From: Vulcanimicrobiaceae bacterium
Lineage (GTDB): Bacteria > Vulcanimicrobiota > Vulcanimicrobiia > Vulcanimicrobiales > Vulcanimicrobiaceae
Reading direction: 5' to 3'
DNA length: 22,189 nucleotides
NCBI GenBank assembly: GCA_046262595.1
Contig: JBHEMM010000022.1
Coordinates: forward strand, 17,449 to 39,637
Shown: one piece after another, positions 18,302 through 22,189 of the stretch
Numbering within the stretch: position 1 is the stretch's first letter
Layout: each line of letters begins with the position of its first letter
Position numbers and translations under genes: made by a program
The notes under the pieces: model-generated
The model's input: only the letters and a program-made list of their open reading frames with translations
Databases searched by the model: none
What the model was told of the DNA's origin: nothing

Positions 18302-19582
18302 TTACTCGGTCGAGCGCGGAAGCGCAAACCAAAAAGTCGTAATTTTGGCCGGTTCGCTCTCGTAACCTATCGTGCCGCCCATCAAAGTGACGAGTTCCGA
18401 GCAGATGTAGAGGCCCAGGCCGATAGAGGAATCGCTGTTTCCGGAGGCGCGACCGAATTTCGTGAACAGCTTTTCGCGGGCCGATTCGGGTACCCCCGGC
18501 CCTTCATTTTTAACGGAAAAAATGACGCGGTCGTCCGAAGGCTTGATCTCGACCGCAACGACGGATCCTTCCGAAGAATATTTCGCGGCGTTGGAGAGCA
18601 TGTTCGTGAGCACTTGAACGACGCGGCCTTCGTCGGCTCGAATGCGCGGCACGGGCGCAAGATACAACGCCTGAAACTCACGCTCGGGATGCTGGCTTTC
18701 CATCCGCGCGACGGATTCTTCCACCACGAGAACGGGATCGACTGCCTCCGAACGCAGCGTAAGTTTGCGCGCTTCCATCCGTGAAAGCAGCAAAAAGTCT
18801 TCAAAGATTGCGGAAAGGCGCGCCGTCGAGGAGCCGAGCACGTTGAGCAGCTCCTGCCGGCGATCGGCGGAGAGTGATTCGAAGTGCGCGTCCAGGAGCA
18901 CGGTCGCGCCGCGGATCGCGGCGAGCGGCGAGCGCACCTCATGCGCGACGATGCTGAAGAACTCGTTTTGCGCGCGCGAGGTTTGCTCGATCAACTCGCG
19001 CTTTTCCACTTCGAGGGCGCGGCCGCGCGCGTTACCCAGAGCTAAGCCCACAAGATTCACGAAGAGCTGCATTTCGCGCATCGTGTCTTTGGACGGAACG
19101 CGATTGTCAATCGGCCCGTCGACGGAAACGTAGCCGAGCATGTCGTTGGAGGGGTCGGTCAGCACGAGTGTGAGCGAGTCGTGCTCGTGCCAAACTGTGG
19201 GCCGCTTGCGAACGTAGTGCTCGGGTTCGTCGCCCAGAAAAATATTGTGGGACCACGGCTGCTTGCGCTCGGCGGGGATGTAGAAACAATGCGGCACGAC
19301 TTCATATTCGCGGCGCAGCAGATCCACGATCTCTTCGCGAGGTATGTGCTCGCCGATGCGCTCGCCGATCGCTTCGGGCGGGAACCCGATAATGACGCGC
19401 CGGTACATCTCGCCGCCTGGCAGGTCGGAAGCGACAATCGAGACGTACCGCCAGCCGTAGACCTCGCTCAGACCGCGCGCGATCGACTGCAGGCCGGGGA
19501 GCAGTTCCTTGGCTTGCAAGATGTCGCGCGTAATCTCGAAAAGTCGCTGGAGCGTGCCGCTCTCGTGCGTGCCTTCCCGCAT
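18302..19582 (-). CDS. Cytoplasmic sensor histidine kinase (GAF-like + HisKA + HATPase_c)
   Basis: H-box AHEVRSPLAAI, N-box NMLSNAAKYS, NEGPGV, LFTKF, GLGLYI, TTFWFALP; no TM segment. Start ATG 19582 or GTG 19591. Confidence 0.88.
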   Translation of the reverse strand: MREGTHESGTLQRLFEITRDILQAKELLPGLQSIARGLSEVYGWRYVSIVASDLPGGEMYRRVIIGFPPEAIGERIGEHIPREEIVDLLRREYEVVPHCFYIPAERKQPWSHNIFLGDEPEHYVRKRPTVWHEHDSLTLVLTDPSNDMLGYVSVDGPIDNRVPSKDTMREMQLFVNLVGLALGNARGRALEVEKRELIEQTSRAQNEFFSIVAHEVRSPLAAIRGATVLLDAHFESLSADRRQELLNVLGSSTARLSAIFEDFLLLSRMEARKLTLRSEAVDPVLVVEESVARMESQHPEREFQALYLAPVPRIRADEGRVVQVLTNMLSNAAKYSSEGSVVAVEIKPSDDRVIFSVKNEGPGVPESAREKLFTKFGRASGNSDSSIGLGLYICSELVTLMGGTIGYESEPAKITTFWFALPRSTE

Positions 19583-19645
19583 GAAATTCACGCTTTTGGA
19601 GTTCGCCGGAAGGGGAACGCTCCCCGGCTGGGCGTAAGCTGGCGC

Positions 19646-20611
19646 ATGGCCGCCGACCGGACGTTCGTCAATGCTGATTGTGTGAAGGCAGCCGCCGCCC
19701 GCCTTGCGGACGGCAGCGTCGATCTGATCATCACGGACCCGCCGTATGGGATTGCCGGCGATTGCCTGCACCGCCATTACAACCGCGACGAGCGCTTTGT
19801 CGTCGAGGGTTATCTCGAAGTGGAGCCCGCCTTATATAACGCCTTCAGCCGCGCGTGGCTTGCTCAGGCGGCACGGGTGCTGCGTCCGGGCGGGCAGATG
19901 TACGTCGTCTCGGGCTACACAAATCTATACGACGTGCTCGACGCGCTCCGCACGACCGACCTGCTGGAGATCAACCACCTGATCTGGAAGTACAACTTCG
20001 GCGTTTATACGAGCACGAAATATGTCTCGTCCCACTATCACATCTTGTATTATGCAAAGCCGGGCGGGAAGCGCACGTTCAACGTTCAGTCGCGGTTTGC
20101 GCTGGACGCGGCGCGCCCCGGGGGCGGTTCGCTCAATTATCGCGACCGCGAAGACGTGTGGACGATCAACCGCGAGTATAAGCCTGGACGCCTCAAAAAC
20201 AAAAACGAACTGCCGCTCGAACTGCTCAAGAAAGCCATTGCGTACAGCAGCAATCCGGGCGATCTCGTTGCGGATTTTTTTATGGGCGGCGGTTCGACCG
20301 CCGTTGCGGCGCTGGGAATGAACCGCCGTTTCATCGGCTTTGAACAATCGCGTGCGGCGTTCGACGCGTGCGTTCCGAAGGTGCGTGCTTTTCAGGCAGG
20401 TTCGTTGATGGAAGCGGCGCCCGCGCAGCACGTGGTACGCAACCGCGGCAAGGTGTGGACGCCGGAGGAAGCGCAGCTTCTGCGTGAGCGTTACGACGCG
20501 CTGCGTGCGTGCGGCAGGAACAAGGGTCAGGTGATCGGCGAGCTCAGCCGGGAGTTTGCACGCGGGGCATGGGCGATTCGTAAGCGCCTTGCGGCGCAGG
20601 ATATCGGGTAA
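19646..20611 (+). CDS. Beta-class N6-A/N4-C site-specific DNA methyltransferase with C-terminal Myb/SANT-like helix bundle
   Basis: Motif IV DLIITDPPY precedes motif I DFFMGGGSTAVAA (beta order); NHLIWKY; C-terminal NRGKVWTPEEAQLL...FARGAWAIRKRL. Start ATG 19646. Confidence 0.9.
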   Translation: MAADRTFVNADCVKAAAARLADGSVDLIITDPPYGIAGDCLHRHYNRDERFVVEGYLEVEPALYNAFSRAWLAQAARVLRPGGQMYVVSGYTNLYDVLDALRTTDLLEINHLIWKYNFGVYTSTKYVSSHYHILYYAKPGGKRTFNVQSRFALDAARPGGGSLNYRDREDVWTINREYKPGRLKNKNELPLELLKKAIAYSSNPGDLVADFFMGGGSTAVAALGMNRRFIGFEQSRAAFDACVPKVRAFQAGSLMEAAPAQHVVRNRGKVWTPEEAQLLRERYDALRACGRNKGQVIGELSREFARGAWAIRKRLAAQDIG

Positions 20612-20635
20612 CCTTCGCCGTCAGCTGGTCTGCGT

Positions 20636-21117
20636 TCAGGTGCGTGCGCCGATTGCCGTCATTTCGAACTCCACAGCGGGGACGGGACGGCTGATAAAAT
20701 AGCCTTGCGCTTCATCGCACGGGCTCGCCTCCAGCGAAAAGTGGTGCTCGCCTTGCAATTGTACCCAGCGCAGGGTGTCGTCGAGGCGAGTAAACGGTGC
20801 TCGACCGCAAATGGCGTTTTCTTTTGCTGCGAGTCGGCAAAAGCGGCCTGCACCTGAGCACGATCGTCCGGATGAATGGACGACTCGTAGATGCCCCGCA
20901 GCACCTTGGGTTCCGTACCCAGCGGCGTGCGAAAAATTCGCATCATCTCGGCAGACCATCCGGTATCGCCGCTGACGAGATCGACATGCCGATTGCCCAC
21001 GCATCGCTTGGCGCCGCATTCGCTGAAACGCGATCAGCAGCGTTGCAATGGCCGCCGAAACGCCGGCAGCAAAAAAAAATGGTCAGTCCGCAATAGATGA
21101 GGACTGTTCATAGGCAT
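20636..21117 (-). pseudogene. Decayed PAS-(GGDEF)-EAL signalling gene remnant
   Basis: Fragments in different frames: hydrophobic AAGVSAAIATLLIAF, PAS VGNRHVDL...WSAEMMRIF...IHPDDRAQV...EHRL, frameshift to DDTLRWVQLQG, then directly the EAL C-terminal motif CDEAQGYFISRPVP. Confidence 0.75.
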
Positions 21118-21223
21118 TCTTTCTAGTCGAGATCGATAGAACGTCTCGCCTGGGCGGGTCATTCTGGCCATGGACCTTACTATTATCGGTGGCGGCTTGC
21201 CGCTCTGCTGCTGGGCTGCCAAT

Positions 21224-21260
21224 GGGCCGCGAACGCGGTCCCCCAGGCCGGATGCGGCCT
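21224..21260. terminator. Two tandem GC-rich hairpins downstream of the small ORF (possible terminator)
   Basis: GGGCCGC-GAAC-GCGGTCC (21224-21241) and AGGCCG-GATG-CGGCCT (21245-21260), just past the stop at 21268. No clear U-tract. Confidence 0.3.
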
Positions 21261-21267
21261 CTGCGGG

Positions 21268-21495
21268 CTACGCGGCGCGCTTGTGGCGCTTGGAGACCGC
21301 GCGATAGACCGCCAGCGCAGCGTGGACAAAGAGCGGCGGCACGGGGGTGGGCGTCTCGCCGTTCGTAAGCGCGCCGATGCCGACGTAGGCGTTCAGCGCC
21401 TCTTCGAACTCACGCGCTGAAAGCGACGTGCGCGAACGCCGCTCGCGCAGTGCGGCGGTGCGTGCAAATCCTTTCATCTTTTCGAGCGTCATCAT
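21268..21495 (-). CDS. Small hypothetical protein (75 aa)
   Basis: MMTLEKMKGFARTAALRERR...AVYRAVSKRHKRAA; plausible codon usage; AT-rich upstream segment containing GGGTAT. Confidence 0.55.
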   Translation of the reverse strand: MMTLEKMKGFARTAALRERRSRTSLSAREFEEALNAYVGIGALTNGETPTPVPPLFVHAALAVYRAVSKRHKRAA

Positions 21496-21525
21496 AGGTA
21501 GAATATACCCGTTTCGCCGCACGTG

Positions 21526-21741
21526 TTACGCGCGTGTCAGCGTCCTCACGCGTTCTTCCAATTCGTGCGCGAAAAATTCAATAATACCGGTGTTTTGCGC
21601 AGGCCCGATTTCCAGATCGTTCACAATGCCGGCCGCAGCGCGGCACGCTTCTTCATGTGTGGGGACGCAGCGGCGTTCGGCCAAGCCCAGAGCGGTGTGT
21701 TTCATATTTTCCCAAGCGATGTCGAATCGGCTCATGCCCAT
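21526..21741 (-). CDS. Small hypothetical protein (71 aa)
   Basis: GGAG 9 nt upstream of ATG 21741; MGMSRFDIAWENMKHTALGLAERRCVPTHEEAC...HELEERVRTLTRA; helical-looking. Confidence 0.55.
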   Translation of the reverse strand: MGMSRFDIAWENMKHTALGLAERRCVPTHEEACRAAAGIVNDLEIGPAQNTGIIEFFAHELEERVRTLTRA

Positions 21742-21936
21742 GGCAACGTACTCCGAGGGCATAAAATTGCAGCGGTTGGCCGTAACTGGAACAGCGCGTC
21801 CCACGAGGGCGCGTGCGCCGCTCATGAGGCGAATGGGCGCTTGCCCGAGGCGCAGACCGGCCGTGGTTGCGCGGCCCGGCCTGACGTCAGAGGCGCGCGC
21901 CGCCGGCTCGGAAAAGAAGCACACACGACACGATAT

Positions 21937-22030
21937 GGGAGAGTACGGGTCTGGTGGCCCGCTCGGTCTTCAAAATCGCAGAGGCCGGTGTAAGCCGGCC
22001 GGTAGGTTCGATTCCTACACTTTCCCGCCA
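21937..22030 (+). tRNA. selC: tRNA-Sec (anticodon TCA)
   Basis: GGGAGAGT/ACTTTCCC acceptor, G discriminator plus encoded CCA, 6-bp D stem CGGGTC-TGGT-GGCCCG, anticodon loop CTTCAAA (TCA 21970-21972), long variable arm GGCCGGT-GTAA-GCCGGCC, T arm GTAGG-TTCGATT-CCTAC; 94 nt. selA and selB are in the same window. Confidence 0.95.
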
Positions 22031-22031
22031 A

Positions 22032-22062
22032 CCTTCGTTTTGCGCGTATTTACGAACGAAGG
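22032..22062 (+). terminator. Inverted repeat directly after selC
   Basis: CCTTCGTT (22032-39) / AACGAAGG (22055-62), 8-bp stem. No downstream U-tract, so it may be a terminator or a processing structure. Confidence 0.4.
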
Positions 22063-22189
22063 AGGCGTAGCAGTGTCCAGCTGCTGCGGAAATTCGGGGT
22101 CCATGCGTTTTCACAAGCTGCGCTTAAGCACTTGCAAACCAGTATCTGCAAGTCGTCCGGCCGTGCACCAACGCGGAAGGGCCGTACAG

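Noticed and set aside
19181..19645. 155-aa N-terminal extension of the MTase and the extension of the kinase to 19777 in the ORF track
   Set aside because: Each extension overlaps the other gene in antisense; family motifs begin at 19646 and about 19582 respectively.
21071..21079. A9 tract as a phase-variation switch
   Set aside because: Changing tract length would not repair the further frameshifts or the internal deletion downstream.
21247..21258. GCCGGATGCGGC matching the start of the enterobacterial REP consensus
   Set aside because: Only 12 nt match, a single copy was seen, and the rest of the consensus is missing.
19600..22030. Integrated element or prophage at selC
   Set aside because: No integrase, transposase or duplicated selC end was seen in the window; the accessory-looking genes lie 5' of the tRNA.
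21824..22189. + strand frame open from ATG 21824 through the tRNA, and other ORFs overlapping selC
   Set aside because: They overlap a well-formed tRNA gene and have no protein-like motifs; likely chance open frames.

Overview
GC-rich bacterial chromosomal window made up mostly of housekeeping genes. The gene complement suggests a Terrabacteria lineage such as Vulcanimicrobiota/Eremiobacterota, but that is an impression and was not tested. A leftward, largely translationally coupled run covers tsaE-tsaB-rimI-yqeK-rsfS, a 39-aa membrane peptide, a TPM-domain protein and a BNR/VPS10 beta-propeller gene that runs off the window edge. A rightward run covers an unknown ORF, gyrA, trxA, selA, selB, an adenine/adenosine deaminase, clpB and a stand-alone GAF protein. 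These are followed by typA, an orphan histidine kinase, an orphan beta-class DNA methyltransferase, a decayed PAS/EAL gene, two small ORFans and tRNA-Sec (selC, anticodon TCA). Three observations stand out. (1) The trxA UGA stop overlaps a probable CUG start of selA and is followed directly by a SECIS-like hairpin, a candidate selenium-sensing translational switch. (2) The tRNA-Sec has a non-canonical fold. (3) The propeller gene appears to switch protein family in frame at an Asp-box near the left edge (chimera or misassembly).
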